The translations under genes were made by a program, and so were the position numbers. 64,000 nt of DNA, taken from contig CAYOQK010000024.1 of NCBI GenBank assembly GCA_964406105.1, forward strand, positions 27,294-91,293. The letters run 5' to 3'. Source of the DNA: an uncultured bacterium. GTDB taxonomy: Bacteria; Hydrothermota; Hydrothermia; WGAB01. Of this stretch, positions 20,343 through 29,425 are shown in pieces; the first letter of the stretch is position 1; the number at the start of each line of letters is the position of its first letter. The notes beneath the pieces are model-generated. The model was not told where the DNA came from. It saw only the letters and a program-made list of their open reading frames with translations, and searched no databases.

Positions 20343-20370
20343 TTGCGGGGCGGCGCTGCAGCGCCGCCCC
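20343..20370 (-). terminator. perfect 12-4-12 palindrome GCGGGGCGGCGC-TGCA-GCGCCGCCCCGC; candidate intrinsic terminator/attenuator between the FGE-like gene and ctaB
   Basis: Seen in sequence. On the minus strand it is followed by AAGCCCUUUUC. Confidence 0.4.
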
Positions 20371-20383
20371 GCAACGCCCGGCT

Positions 20384-21328
20384 TTACGGCTCTTCAGCCG
20401 ATTCACCCTCTTGGACCTCCCGAACACAGCGGAATCCCACGGTAGGACCCGCAAATTCCGGAGGCGCGAAGTTCCGCCATGTGGCCCGGCAGTCAATCTC
20501 GTAGTCGGTGAAACTGCCTCCCTTGAGGATGCGCTGGTGGGTTTCCTCAATGTCGTCAGACACCCACTCCCACACGTTGCCCGCCATATCGTACGCGCCG
20601 TAGGGGCTTGCCGCGTTCTCGGTGTGGAACCCCAGGTGGGTTTGGCCATTGTAAAAGCCCACAGGCGTGGTTTCTCCTAAGCCACCCCACAGGCTCTCAA
20701 AGGGATCACGACTCTTGTAGTAGTTGGCGTGGGCAGGGGTGATCTCATGTCCCCACGGATAGGGCCGACCGTCCGTGCCGCGGGCCGCCTTTTCCCACTC
20801 GGCCTCGGTGGGGATCCGATAGCCGTAGTACCGGCAGTAGGCCCAGGCACCGAAATAGGTTACAAAGGTGGCCGGATGGTTCTCAAAGCCCCGCTGCACC
20901 ACAAAGGAGTCGCCCTCCCAGTGCACCTTTTGGCCCACCCGGTGGAGCGGATACGCCAGGTACCATCCTGCGTCAATCTTCTCCTCGTGCTTACCACCGT
21001 GGTACGGCTCCCCTGGGTAAAAGGCCATCACGCCCTCTTCGGAGAGTTTGATGAGGTTCCGGGCGGCTGAGTCACGAAGCGCCTGATTCAGGAACCGGGC
21101 CCACTGAGCATTGGTGACAGGGGTTTTCATGATCTCGTAGTCGTAGTCCAGCACCATCCGCCGGTTATGGAGACCAAACAGGAACTCGCCGGCCGGTACC
21201 CGCACCCACTCCTCGGGGTTAACCCCGGTGTCCACCGTGGGCACAGCTTCCGGCGGCTCCGGCCGGGGCGCACAGGCAGCCATCAACAACACACCCAGCG
21301 TCAGGCTAAGAGCGACCTTGCGGTTCAT
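20384..21328 (-). CDS. FGE/SUMF1-domain lipoprotein (NirV-like)
   Basis: 314 aa. Lipobox LLMAACA. Formylglycine-generating-enzyme fold motifs YRIPTEAEWEKAARG, GNVWEWVSD, RGGSF. Its start overlaps the upstream HCO-like gene by 4 nt. Confidence 0.75.
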   Translation of the reverse strand: MNRKVALSLTLGVLLMAACAPRPEPPEAVPTVDTGVNPEEWVRVPAGEFLFGLHNRRMVLDYDYEIMKTPVTNAQWARFLNQALRDSAARNLIKLSEEGVMAFYPGEPYHGGKHEEKIDAGWYLAYPLHRVGQKVHWEGDSFVVQRGFENHPATFVTYFGAWAYCRYYGYRIPTEAEWEKAARGTDGRPYPWGHEITPAHANYYKSRDPFESLWGGLGETTPVGFYNGQTHLGFHTENAASPYGAYDMAGNVWEWVSDDIEETHQRILKGGSFTDYEIDCRATWRNFAPPEFAGPTVGFRCVREVQEGESAEEP

Positions 21329-22821
21329 TTCTGCTCCTCCTCAAACACCACAGGCATGGCGGGGTTCCGCCACTCCTCTACCCACCGCCCCTGGGGCTTA
21401 AAGAGATCCACCAGTCGCCAGAGCAGGAACAGGGCCAATCCCGTGAGGAACAGGAACAGGCTCACATCCATCACCAGGAGGGTGCGGGCCACCAGAGGCT
21501 GCTCCTGGATCTCGGGAACCCAGAGCCGCTTCATGATGAGCACGTTGGCGCCCAGGGTGGCCACATCAGAGCCCAGGATCACGATCCAGCCGAAGATCTG
21601 GCGGGCCTTGCCCTTCAGGCCAGCCACATCCAGGTAGTAAAGGAGCAACACCGTGGCGATCATGAAGGCCAGGATGTGCCAGTGGCCCACCAGACCGATC
21701 TTCTCTTCCCGCAGCAGAATGCTCCGGAAGAACTCCAACTTGATGGCCATGAACACGCCGGGAGCGGTAACCACCAGGTTCATGAACATCATCTGCCAGG
21801 TGGCTCCCCAGGGCAGGGGATCGTGGAACAGGGCCTTGAGTTTCTGTCCGAACCCGGCCTTGTCCGGGGACAACCCTTGGCGAGCCAGGCCCACCTCAAT
21901 TTGCCGTCGCCACACGAAGATGGTGAGCAGCAGCGAGGCGAGCATCAGGAACCCGGCCCCCACGTTGATGATGTGGTGAGCGATGGCACGGAAGGGCACC
22001 ACCATCCAAGCCCCCACACTGATGATCACCGTGCCGATGATCATCAGGGGAATGGCCCACTTCTGAAGCCGCCCTTTGAAGTCCGTCCACCGGCTCACGA
22101 TGAACACCGCCATGACCGCGATGTCCACGAGCATGATGTGGAGGTGTCCCACGATGGCCAGCTCCATGGGCGTGTGGTAGGGGATGCGGATGATGTCCTC
22201 GGAGAGGAACACCTCAAAGCTGTGGCCGAAGAAGGACCCTGGAATGGCGCCGTAAATGGCCGAGATCAGTGTGGCCACAACAGCGATGAACACCGCGAGC
22301 TTTTCAATGTCCACACCACTTGCCGTTTTGAGGTACGGGGCATCGGGTGGCAACCGATGGTCACGGGACCAAGGCCAGAAGGCCACAGCCAACCACACCC
22401 CACCGAAGAAAAGCAGGCTCTGGCCAAAGAGGAACAGGCCGTGGAACACCCAGTTATGCCCCCAGTAGGCAAACAGCAGTCCGAAGATCATGGCGGACAG
22501 GTAGCCCACGGTCACCAGCACGTGGATCCCGATCCGGTGTACCTCCTTGATGCGGTACACCGCGGTGAGCATGTACACCTCCAGAGCCACCACGGCCATG
22601 GCGAAGGTGTGGTACAGGAAGATGAGCCGACCTTCGCGCTCCAGGGGATCCAGTTTCATCCCCCACAATTTGATCCAGAACTCCCTTACCCCCCACTCAG
22701 CCATGGGCCCGGAGAGCATGCCCATAAAGGCCGCCTGCAGGGCAATGAGCGCCACCGTGCCCAGGATGAGCCCCCGAGAGGTGCCGAAAAGGTAGCGCAA
22801 ACGCGACGCCAGTCCCTTCAT
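21325..22821 (-). CDS. heme-copper oxidase superfamily catalytic subunit homolog (divergent; candidate NO/O2 reductase)
   Basis: 498 aa, about 12 predicted TM helices. His ligands at canonical positions: helix II LYHTFAMAV, helix VI GHLHIM, helix VII/VIII AIAHHIINVG (compare bovine WAHHMFTVG), helix X GHWHILAF (compare AHFHYV). No Tyr at the HPEVY position. Confidence 0.6.
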   Translation of the reverse strand: MKGLASRLRYLFGTSRGLILGTVALIALQAAFMGMLSGPMAEWGVREFWIKLWGMKLDPLEREGRLIFLYHTFAMAVVALEVYMLTAVYRIKEVHRIGIHVLVTVGYLSAMIFGLLFAYWGHNWVFHGLFLFGQSLLFFGGVWLAVAFWPWSRDHRLPPDAPYLKTASGVDIEKLAVFIAVVATLISAIYGAIPGSFFGHSFEVFLSEDIIRIPYHTPMELAIVGHLHIMLVDIAVMAVFIVSRWTDFKGRLQKWAIPLMIIGTVIISVGAWMVVPFRAIAHHIINVGAGFLMLASLLLTIFVWRRQIEVGLARQGLSPDKAGFGQKLKALFHDPLPWGATWQMMFMNLVVTAPGVFMAIKLEFFRSILLREEKIGLVGHWHILAFMIATVLLLYYLDVAGLKGKARQIFGWIVILGSDVATLGANVLIMKRLWVPEIQEQPLVARTLLVMDVSLFLFLTGLALFLLWRLVDLFKPQGRWVEEWRNPAMPVVFEEEQK

Positions 22822-22891
22822 TGCAGAACCTCCGTTGGTTTACCACAGCCCCTGGCCCAAGGTCGCAGGGGCAGGGAGACCTCAGTCGCGG

Positions 22892-23518
22892 TTATTTGGC
22901 GGAAATCCGCCGGACCAACCCCCAGGTGTACGCCAGGGTCATGAGCAAGAGCAGGGGCGAGAGAATGGCAAACACCACAGGGGCACTAAAGAACAACAGC
23001 TGCTTGCCCGCCTTCAAGAAGGCCAGCGCCATACCTCCCAGGCTGATGAGTACACCCCCCACCGACACCCACACAAAGCCTGCCGGTGCCTGAGCCTGGG
23101 TCACCGCCAGAATGGGGACGAGCACGATGGTGAGCCCCGCGATGCCGTGTACAATGGGCAGGATCACCCGACCCAACCCCTGTAAACCGGGGTTCAGGTA
23201 ACCCACGGCAATCAACAGGAACCCCACCACCGCAAACACGGTGTACGCTGTGCCCAGCGAGGGCTTGACGTCGTACACCAGCCCTGTGGCCAGGCCCAGG
23301 GGGATCAAGGTGGTCACCACAACCACCCAGGGGGATCCCAGGATGTCATAGCCCAGGAAAATGAGCAGCAACCCTGCCACCAGCAACACCAGGAAGGACA
23401 GCCCATAGGCCACCTTGGCCCCCTTCACCAGCTTGTCACCGGCCTGGTTCAAACGAACCAGCATGTAGATGGCCGTTAAGCCCGTCAACAACAACAACAC
23501 CTTATCCCACCAGTGCAT
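22892..23518 (-). CDS. polytopic membrane protein (about 6 TM), no Cys, first gene of the HCO-like operon
   Basis: 208 aa, strongly hydrophobic throughout. No CxxCH or cupredoxin motifs. Confidence 0.5.
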   Translation of the reverse strand: MHWWDKVLLLLTGLTAIYMLVRLNQAGDKLVKGAKVAYGLSFLVLLVAGLLLIFLGYDILGSPWVVVVTTLIPLGLATGLVYDVKPSLGTAYTVFAVVGFLLIAVGYLNPGLQGLGRVILPIVHGIAGLTIVLVPILAVTQAQAPAGFVWVSVGGVLISLGGMALAFLKAGKQLLFFSAPVVFAILSPLLLLMTLAYTWGLVRRISAK

Positions 23519-23832
23519 CGTGCACCTCCTTCACGGTTTTGGGAAAACCCTTGGTGAGTCCTTCTACGCACCCCGCGGAAGCACCACCCTCCCCCTCTAC
23601 AAACCTGTGCAGAGGCAAAACTCTTACACGCCGCTCCAGTACCCGTGTCGTCATCTCTCCTCGGGCCTGCCCTGTGTGGTAGTAACCGCTTACTTTAAAA
23701 CGTTACGGGGGCAGGGCGACGGTGTCAAGCATTTCACAGGACCTCCAAGGGGCAGGGCCCTGTAGGGCTCTTTGTGATCTTAGGAGGATCCACAGGGAGA
23801 GGAGTTTCGCAGAGCCGAGGGGGAACACATCA

Positions 23833-23915
23833 TGCGAGGGGCGGGACTCGAACCCGCACGGGAATACCCCACCAGATCCTAAATCTGGCGCGTCTGCCTA
23901 TTCCGCCACCCTCGC
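23833..23915 (-). tRNA. tRNA-Leu (anticodon TAG)
   Basis: Minus-strand read GCGAGGGTGGCGGAATAGGCAGACGCGCCAGATTTAGGATCTGGTGGGGTATTCCCGTGCGGGTTCGAGTCCCGCCCCTCGCA. 7-bp acceptor stem, anticodon loop TT-TAG-GA, long variable arm (type II), GGTTCGAGTCC T-arm. CCA not encoded. Confidence 0.85.
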
Positions 23916-23930
23916 AGGTATGGGTAAAGG

Positions 23931-24905
23931 TTATACAGCACCCCCTTCGGGGGTGGGAGCAGTTTCAAACACCCCAAACTGCAAGAAGCGTTGCCGCCGG
24001 TGCTGGAGCACCTCCTCGGGCGAAAGCCGTCGGAGATCGGCCAGGTGCCGCAACACGGCCTCCTTCACACGGCGAATTGCCTCCTCAGGCTGACGATGCG
24101 CACCCCCCAGAGGCTCCGGGATCACCTCGTCCACCACCCCAAGCCGATGGAGATCCTTGGAGGTCAACCGCAGTACCTCTGCGGCCTTGGGGGCCTCCGC
24201 ACCGTCTTTCCAAAGGATGGCTGCACACCCTTCGGGCGAGATCACCGAGTAAATGGCGTATTCCAGCATCAGCACTCGGTTGCCCACCCCAATGGCCAGC
24301 GCTCCACCGGATCCGCCCTCGCCGATCACCACGGCCACAATAGGCACCTTCACCTCCAACATGGTTTGGATGGCCGTGGCGATGGCCCGAGACTGCCCTC
24401 GTTCCTCGGCCTCAATCCCTGGAAAGGCCCCAGGAGTGTCAATCAAGGTAACGATGGGCAACCCGAATTTATCCGCCAAACGAAAGAGCCGCTCCGCCTT
24501 GCGGTACCCTTCGGGGTTGGGCATCCCAAAGTTGCGCTGCACTCGTTCTTTGACATCGCGCCCCTTTTCCTCGCCCACCACCACCCACCGTTGGTCCTCC
24601 ACCTGGATCAACCCACCCACAATAGCGGGATCATCGCCATAGTACCGATCGCCGTGGAGTTCCAAGAAGTCGGTGGCCATCCCGCGGATGTAGTCCAGGG
24701 CATGGGGCCGATCGGCATGACGGGCTACCTGCACGATCTGCCACGGGGTGAGATGGGCATAGATCTTCCGGCGGATCCGTTCGGCCCGGGCCTCCAGATC
24801 CCGGATCTCGTCGGCCAGATCCGGCCGCGTATCCAGCAATCGCTTCAATTCTTCTAAACGCTTCTCAATGTCGTAAAGGGGTCGCTCAAAGTCCAGCAAC
24901 CTCAT
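23931..24905 (-). CDS. accA: acetyl-CoA carboxylase carboxyltransferase subunit alpha
   Basis: 324 aa. MRLLDFERPLYDIEKRLEEL N-terminus and carboxyltransferase motifs (PIVAVVIGEGGSGGALA). Confidence 0.88.
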   Translation of the reverse strand: MRLLDFERPLYDIEKRLEELKRLLDTRPDLADEIRDLEARAERIRRKIYAHLTPWQIVQVARHADRPHALDYIRGMATDFLELHGDRYYGDDPAIVGGLIQVEDQRWVVVGEEKGRDVKERVQRNFGMPNPEGYRKAERLFRLADKFGLPIVTLIDTPGAFPGIEAEERGQSRAIATAIQTMLEVKVPIVAVVIGEGGSGGALAIGVGNRVLMLEYAIYSVISPEGCAAILWKDGAEAPKAAEVLRLTSKDLHRLGVVDEVIPEPLGGAHRQPEEAIRRVKEAVLRHLADLRRLSPEEVLQHRRQRFLQFGVFETAPTPEGGAV

Positions 24906-24912
24906 GGCTCAC

Positions 24913-25749
24913 CTACGGTGTGAGTTCTAAGGCTACCCGGTACATCTGACCCATTCCGGCCCCACTGGGAACCCACCCCAGCCGCAGGGCCAGATGTTCG
25001 CGGTGTACTTTGAGGTCCATTCGCAATGGAAACAGGTCGTTGCCGTACACGTAGCCCACCCGGAGGAACACCCAAGGATGCACCTTCCAACCCAGGAAAC
25101 CGCCTCCTTCGCTCCATCCTCCCTCGTATCCACGGGTATACCGCCCCAGGACACTCAGGCTCCAAACACCGCGTTCCATATCCACAGATGCCGACACCCG
25201 CAGAGGGGGGTCCAGGTACTCCTGAGGCCGCACCTGAACCCGGGTGCCCAGGTTCTCAAAGGCCAGGCCCAGGCGAACCCACGGAAACCGCTGAGGAGTG
25301 TAGATCAACCCCCCGGAAACCAACACCGCCCGGTATTCGCGATCGTAGATTCGCTGGTACACGTAGGCAAGGGCCAGGCCTCCCTGGAGTTCGGGGTCCA
25401 GCCGCAGAGCTCGGCCCACCTGGGCCCGTAAGGCGAAGGGGGTAAAGGAAAGGCCGCCTTGGTCGTTGGGGGTATCGTCTTGGTATTCCAGGGCGCCGAA
25501 GTTTACGTAGTCTACCCCAAGGCCCCAGGGGCCTGTTTTCAAGGCCGCCAGGGACCGATAGCCCTCCAAGGGATAACGGTGATAACTGAAAAGGATCCCC
25601 GTGCCTGGGGTCCAGAGACCCGCCGGATTCCCTACCACCGCCGAAAGGCCCTGGGTTGCCGGCGTGGGCTCCAGAGCCACCTCAGGCGCCAACAGGAACT
25701 CAAATCCCGGATTGACGAATTGGAGAAGCGAGAGCAAGAGCAAAACCAT
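24913..25749 (-). CDS. putative outer-membrane beta-barrel protein (FadL/PorV-like N-terminal motif)
   Basis: Start set at the ATG at 25749 (signal peptide [18 protein letters not shown]). N-terminal [15 protein letters not shown] motif. Amphipathic strands. The ORF-track N-extension to 26076 is rejected. Confidence 0.45.
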   Translation of the reverse strand: MVLLLLSLLQFVNPGFEFLLAPEVALEPTPATQGLSAVVGNPAGLWTPGTGILFSYHRYPLEGYRSLAALKTGPWGLGVDYVNFGALEYQDDTPNDQGGLSFTPFALRAQVGRALRLDPELQGGLALAYVYQRIYDREYRAVLVSGGLIYTPQRFPWVRLGLAFENLGTRVQVRPQEYLDPPLRVSASVDMERGVWSLSVLGRYTRGYEGGWSEGGGFLGWKVHPWVFLRVGYVYGNDLFPLRMDLKVHREHLALRLGWVPSGAGMGQMYRVALELTP

Positions 25750-25836
25750 GGCCCCATTATACCTTACCCCCTTCACGGGTTCAATCACGGCCACGCTTTC
25801 CCGTATGATAAAAGGGCAAAAACCGGAGGTTGGGCC

Positions 25837-26319
25837 ATGGAACTCCATGTGGTGCCCGTGGAAAAACCCGAGGACATCAACTGTGTATTGGGCCAAGCCC
25901 ACTTCATTAAAACCGTGGAGGACGTGCACGAAGCCCTGGTGAACTCGGTCCCAGGGATCCAGTTTGGCTTCGCCTTCTGCGAGGCCTCTGGGCCGCGGCT
26001 CGTGCGCTACACCGGCACCGACCCTGAACTGGTGGATCTTGCCAAGAAGAACGCCCTGAACATCGCCGCCGGCCACGTGTTCGTGCTGTTCTTACGGAAC
26101 GCCTATCCCATCAACATCCTGAACGCTCTAAAACACGTGCCCGAGGTGGTGCGGATCTTCGCCGCCACCGCCAATCCCCTACAGGTGATCGTGGCGGAAA
26201 CCGACCAGGGCCGCGGGGTCTTAGGGGTGGTGGACGGCCAACCCCCCTTGGGGGTGGAAACCGAGGAGGACATCCAAAAACGGAAGTCCTTCCTCCGAAC
26301 CATCGGGTACAAACTATGA
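25837..26319 (+). CDS. adenosine-specific kinase-like protein (PF04008-like)
   Basis: 160 aa starting [35 protein letters not shown], matching the family pattern remembered as ...[30 protein letters not shown].... GGAGGT RBS 6 nt upstream. The ORF-track start 25459 is rejected. Confidence 0.6.
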   Translation: MELHVVPVEKPEDINCVLGQAHFIKTVEDVHEALVNSVPGIQFGFAFCEASGPRLVRYTGTDPELVDLAKKNALNIAAGHVFVLFLRNAYPINILNALKHVPEVVRIFAATANPLQVIVAETDQGRGVLGVVDGQPPLGVETEEDIQKRKSFLRTIGYKL

Positions 26320-28037
26320 GCCTGCGGTTTGGGCTTGGGGCCTTAGCTCTGGTGCTCCTGTGGGGATGCACCACCTGGCCCCAACGGGCGGTCCCCTCGT
26401 CCTCGCCAGAAGCCGATACCCTGGCTGTGGCCGACCTTCCCGAAACCGAAACCACCCCGTTCTTTGAAGAGGGCGAACGCTTCGTTCAACGTGTGAACGA
26501 AGAACAGATCCAGCAACTCCTACGGGAACAGCGTCATCTGCTGGAGGCCGAGTTCGCCCTGTTCAACCTGGAGGCCACCCTGGACCGCGAAGAGGTGCTG
26601 CGGTGGATTGAGTTCTACCGGGGCCCCGGCCGGGCCAAGTTGGAGCGGTTTTACCGACGCGGCCTGCGATACCTCCCCTACATCTTTGACATCGTGGAAG
26701 AGGAAGGCCTGCCCCGCGACCTGGCCTATCTGCCGATGATTGAAAGCGGGTTTAACCCTCGGGCGCGCTCACGGGCCGGGGCAGTGGGGATCTGGCAGTT
26801 CATGCGAGGGACCGCTCGCAAATACGGACTGCGGGTGGACTGGTGGATGGATGAACGCCGGGACCCCCTGAAGTCCACCCGGGCGGCGATGCGATACCTC
26901 AAGGACCTGTACCAGGAGTTCGGCTCTTGGGATCTGGCGCTCGCCGCTTACAACGTGGGCGAGGGACGGATCCGACGACTGCGGAAAACCGCCGATCTCA
27001 CCTACTGGGAAGTGCGGCGACGGCTTCCCAGGGAAACCCGGCTGTACGTGCCCTCCTTCTTCGCCGTGGTGCTCATCTTGAAGGACCCCACGGCCTTTGG
27101 CATCACTCTGGACACCACCGGCGTGCACCCCTGGACCTTTGATACCGTGTATGTGCCTGCGCCCGTTGAGCTTACCTTAGTGGCCCGCTGGGCTGGCACC
27201 ACGGTGGACGTGCTGGAGGACCTGAATCCGGCGTTTCGCCGGTGGGCCACACCGCCCGACCTCAAAGGGTTTTACCTACGGATCCCCCCCGGAACCCGGG
27301 ACCGGGTACTGGCCGGCATGGCCTCCACCCCACGGCAACGGTGGGTGACCAAACTCGTCCACCGGGTGCGACGGGGCGAATCGCTGTGGACCATCGCACG
27401 GAAATACGGGGTTTCGGTATCGGCCATTGCCCGAGCAAACCACCTCCGACGCCGAAGCCTGATTCATCCAGGCCAACGCCTTTGGATCCCGGTTCCTGGC
27501 ACCTCGGCCTCGGCTTCGGTGGCCTCGGAGCCCCCCTCCTCCACCCGGGCTCGTCCTCCGGCCTCCGGCATCTACCGGGTACGCCAGGGCGATAGTCTGT
27601 GGAAAATCGCCCGGCGCTTTGGGGTGACCGTGGCCGACCTGAAACGCTGGAACCGCCTGAAATCCAACACCCTACGGCCTGGCCAACGGCTCGTGGTCAC
27701 TCCCCCAGACTCGGCCCCGGCCTCCTCGGTGATCACCTATCGGGTGCGCTCAGGCGACAGCCTGTGGAAAATCGCCCGACGATACCGGGTGACCGTGGCC
27801 GATCTGAAACGCTGGAACCATCTGAAGTCCAACACCTTGCGGCCTGGCCAGGTCTTGAAAATCCATCGGAGCCCTGGAACGGGCTACATCACCTATCGGG
27901 TTCGCCGGGGCGATACCCTGGAGGCCATCGCGCGCCGCTACGGGGTGCGGGTGCAGGATCTCATGGAGGTGAACGGCATCCACAATCCCCGTCGGCTCCG
28001 GGCCGGACAACTCCTCAAAGTTCCTGCCTCCGGTTGA
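26316..28037 (+). CDS. mltD: membrane-bound lytic murein transglycosylase D-like lipoprotein with C-terminal LysM repeats
   Basis: Lipobox LLWGC. SLT domain ([29 protein letters not shown]). Four LysM modules ([18 protein letters not shown]...). Confidence 0.85.
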   Translation: MSLRFGLGALALVLLWGCTTWPQRAVPSSSPEADTLAVADLPETETTPFFEEGERFVQRVNEEQIQQLLREQRHLLEAEFALFNLEATLDREEVLRWIEFYRGPGRAKLERFYRRGLRYLPYIFDIVEEEGLPRDLAYLPMIESGFNPRARSRAGAVGIWQFMRGTARKYGLRVDWWMDERRDPLKSTRAAMRYLKDLYQEFGSWDLALAAYNVGEGRIRRLRKTADLTYWEVRRRLPRETRLYVPSFFAVVLILKDPTAFGITLDTTGVHPWTFDTVYVPAPVELTLVARWAGTTVDVLEDLNPAFRRWATPPDLKGFYLRIPPGTRDRVLAGMASTPRQRWVTKLVHRVRRGESLWTIARKYGVSVSAIARANHLRRRSLIHPGQRLWIPVPGTSASASVASEPPSSTRARPPASGIYRVRQGDSLWKIARRFGVTVADLKRWNRLKSNTLRPGQRLVVTPPDSAPASSVITYRVRSGDSLWKIARRYRVTVADLKRWNHLKSNTLRPGQVLKIHRSPGTGYITYRVRRGDTLEAIARRYGVRVQDLMEVNGIHNPRRLRAGQLLKVPASG

Positions 28038-28067
28038 AGCCGTATAATCTCTCTGGAGGTTGGAACT

Positions 28068-28745
28068 ATGCCGAAATCTAATGGCGAGGATCTCGCCCGG
28101 TTGGAAGCCGAAGTCAAAGCCCTTCAACAGCAGGTCCAAGAACTTCAAAACACCCTGAACGCCTTTCTGGAAGCCCTCAAGAGAAGGGGCATTGAGGGAT
28201 TGGTCCGGGCAGCACGGGCCACCCGCGAGCGCTCCCTGGACCCGCAACAGAACCGTTTGGGCATCTATGTGGACGTTCAAAACCTGTACTACGCAGCCAA
28301 GGACCTGGGAGGCAAGATTGACTACCGAAAGCTCCGCGACTGGATCGTGGCTGGCCGCACCCTGGTTCGGGCCAACGCCTACACCATCATTAATCCCAGT
28401 ATCCCTGGCCAGGAGAAGTTCCTGCGCGCCCTGGAAAACTACGGCTTCTTCCTGCGTACCAAGGTCATCAAAATCTACTTTGACGGCAACCACAAGGGCA
28501 ACTGGGATCTCGGTATGGCCGTGGACATGATTGAAGACGCCCCTCATCTGGACATCGTAGCCATCGTCACTGGCGACAGCGACTTCGCTCCGGTGGTGCG
28601 CCTCCTCAAGCGCTTGGGCGTGACCGTGGAGGTGTACTCCTTCCTACACACCCTGTCGCAGGAGCTACGGGAAGCGGCAGACCGGTTCTTCCCGCTGTCC
28701 GAAGCGTTCCTGATCAAGGAAAAGGAACACGAGCCCCAGGCCTAA
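28068..28745 (+). CDS. NYN/LabA-like domain protein with N-terminal coiled coil
   Basis: 225 aa. Heptad-like EAEVKALQQQVQELQNTLNAFLEAL region, then NYN motifs IYVDVQNLYYA, IVTGDSDFAPVV. TATAAT at 28046 and a GGAGGT RBS upstream. Confidence 0.7.
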   Translation: MPKSNGEDLARLEAEVKALQQQVQELQNTLNAFLEALKRRGIEGLVRAARATRERSLDPQQNRLGIYVDVQNLYYAAKDLGGKIDYRKLRDWIVAGRTLVRANAYTIINPSIPGQEKFLRALENYGFFLRTKVIKIYFDGNHKGNWDLGMAVDMIEDAPHLDIVAIVTGDSDFAPVVRLLKRLGVTVEVYSFLHTLSQELREAADRFFPLSEAFLIKEKEHEPQA

Positions 28746-29425
28746 GGGCGACCCGGCTCGGGGAACCCAGCAGCCCGCAACGTTCGCAAGGTACCTCTTC
28801 TGTCCATCCACCAAAGACGGAGATCCGGGGTGGGAGCCAGGTCAAAATGGGTGACCCGCGGCAAGGCGGGCCCGCTGGGCAGGTACAGGGTGTCTCCCCG
28901 GAGGATCCACAGGGTGTGCTGGCCTTGGGCGAAGGCCTTGGCCACACGAGCCGAACCCCGCCACCATACCTCTCCCTCTGGGCTCATGAGCCACAGGCTA
29001 TCCGGAAATCGGACGGCCAAGGCCAAACCCGCGCCGTCCAAACGGACAGCCGGCCGAGGCAGAGACATCACTGGTTCCGTCTGTTGCCCTTTGAGTTGAA
29101 GGATCTCGGTTCCTTCGGGCGACAGGAGGAACACGGTGCCATCGGCGACCACAGCACAGGCCCGAGCCTCTACGGGCACCTCGCCCACCCGGGTGCCGTC
29201 GGCGCCGTGGACCTCCAGGCGATCTGACCGCAGCAGATAAAACGCCAAGGGTCCGCCTTCCACATCCACGAGATCCGGCACCCGTTGCCACCAGAGGGTG
29301 CGGCCCAGGGTATCCACCACCTCCAGATCCGTACCTTGATGGAGCAGCAGAGCCCAGTCGCCGAAGGCCTCCAGCCGATCCACGGATGGCGTGGCCACAA
29401 GAAGCCAAAGGACCCAGGGGATCAT
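28742..29425 (-). CDS. hypothetical secreted protein (signal peptide, W-rich beta-rich)
   Basis: 227 aa. N-terminal MIPWVLWLLVATPSV. Last gene of the permease operon with 4-nt overlaps. No known motif. Confidence 0.45.
   Translation of the reverse strand: MIPWVLWLLVATPSVDRLEAFGDWALLLHQGTDLEVVDTLGRTLWWQRVPDLVDVEGGPLAFYLLRSDRLEVHGADGTRVGEVPVEARACAVVADGTVFLLSPEGTEILQLKGQQTEPVMSLPRPAVRLDGAGLALAVRFPDSLWLMSPEGEVWWRGSARVAKAFAQGQHTLWILRGDTLYLPSGPALPRVTHFDLAPTPDLRLWWMDRRGTLRTLRAAGFPEPGRP

Noticed and set aside
20323-20649. N-terminal extension of the ctaB ORF (track start 20649)
   Set aside because: It overlaps the FGE-like gene and the intervening hairpin. The UbiA-type sequence begins at the ATG at 20322, which has an RBS.
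21676-22944. 422-aa plus-strand ORF antisense to the HCO-like gene
   Set aside because: His/Gly/Pro-rich low-complexity shadow ORF. The HCO homolog on the minus strand has 12 TM helices and conserved ligand motifs.
25750-26076. N-terminal extension of the 24913-26076 ORF
   Set aside because: A signal peptide begins at the internal ATG at 25749. The extension overlaps the divergent adenosine-kinase-like gene.
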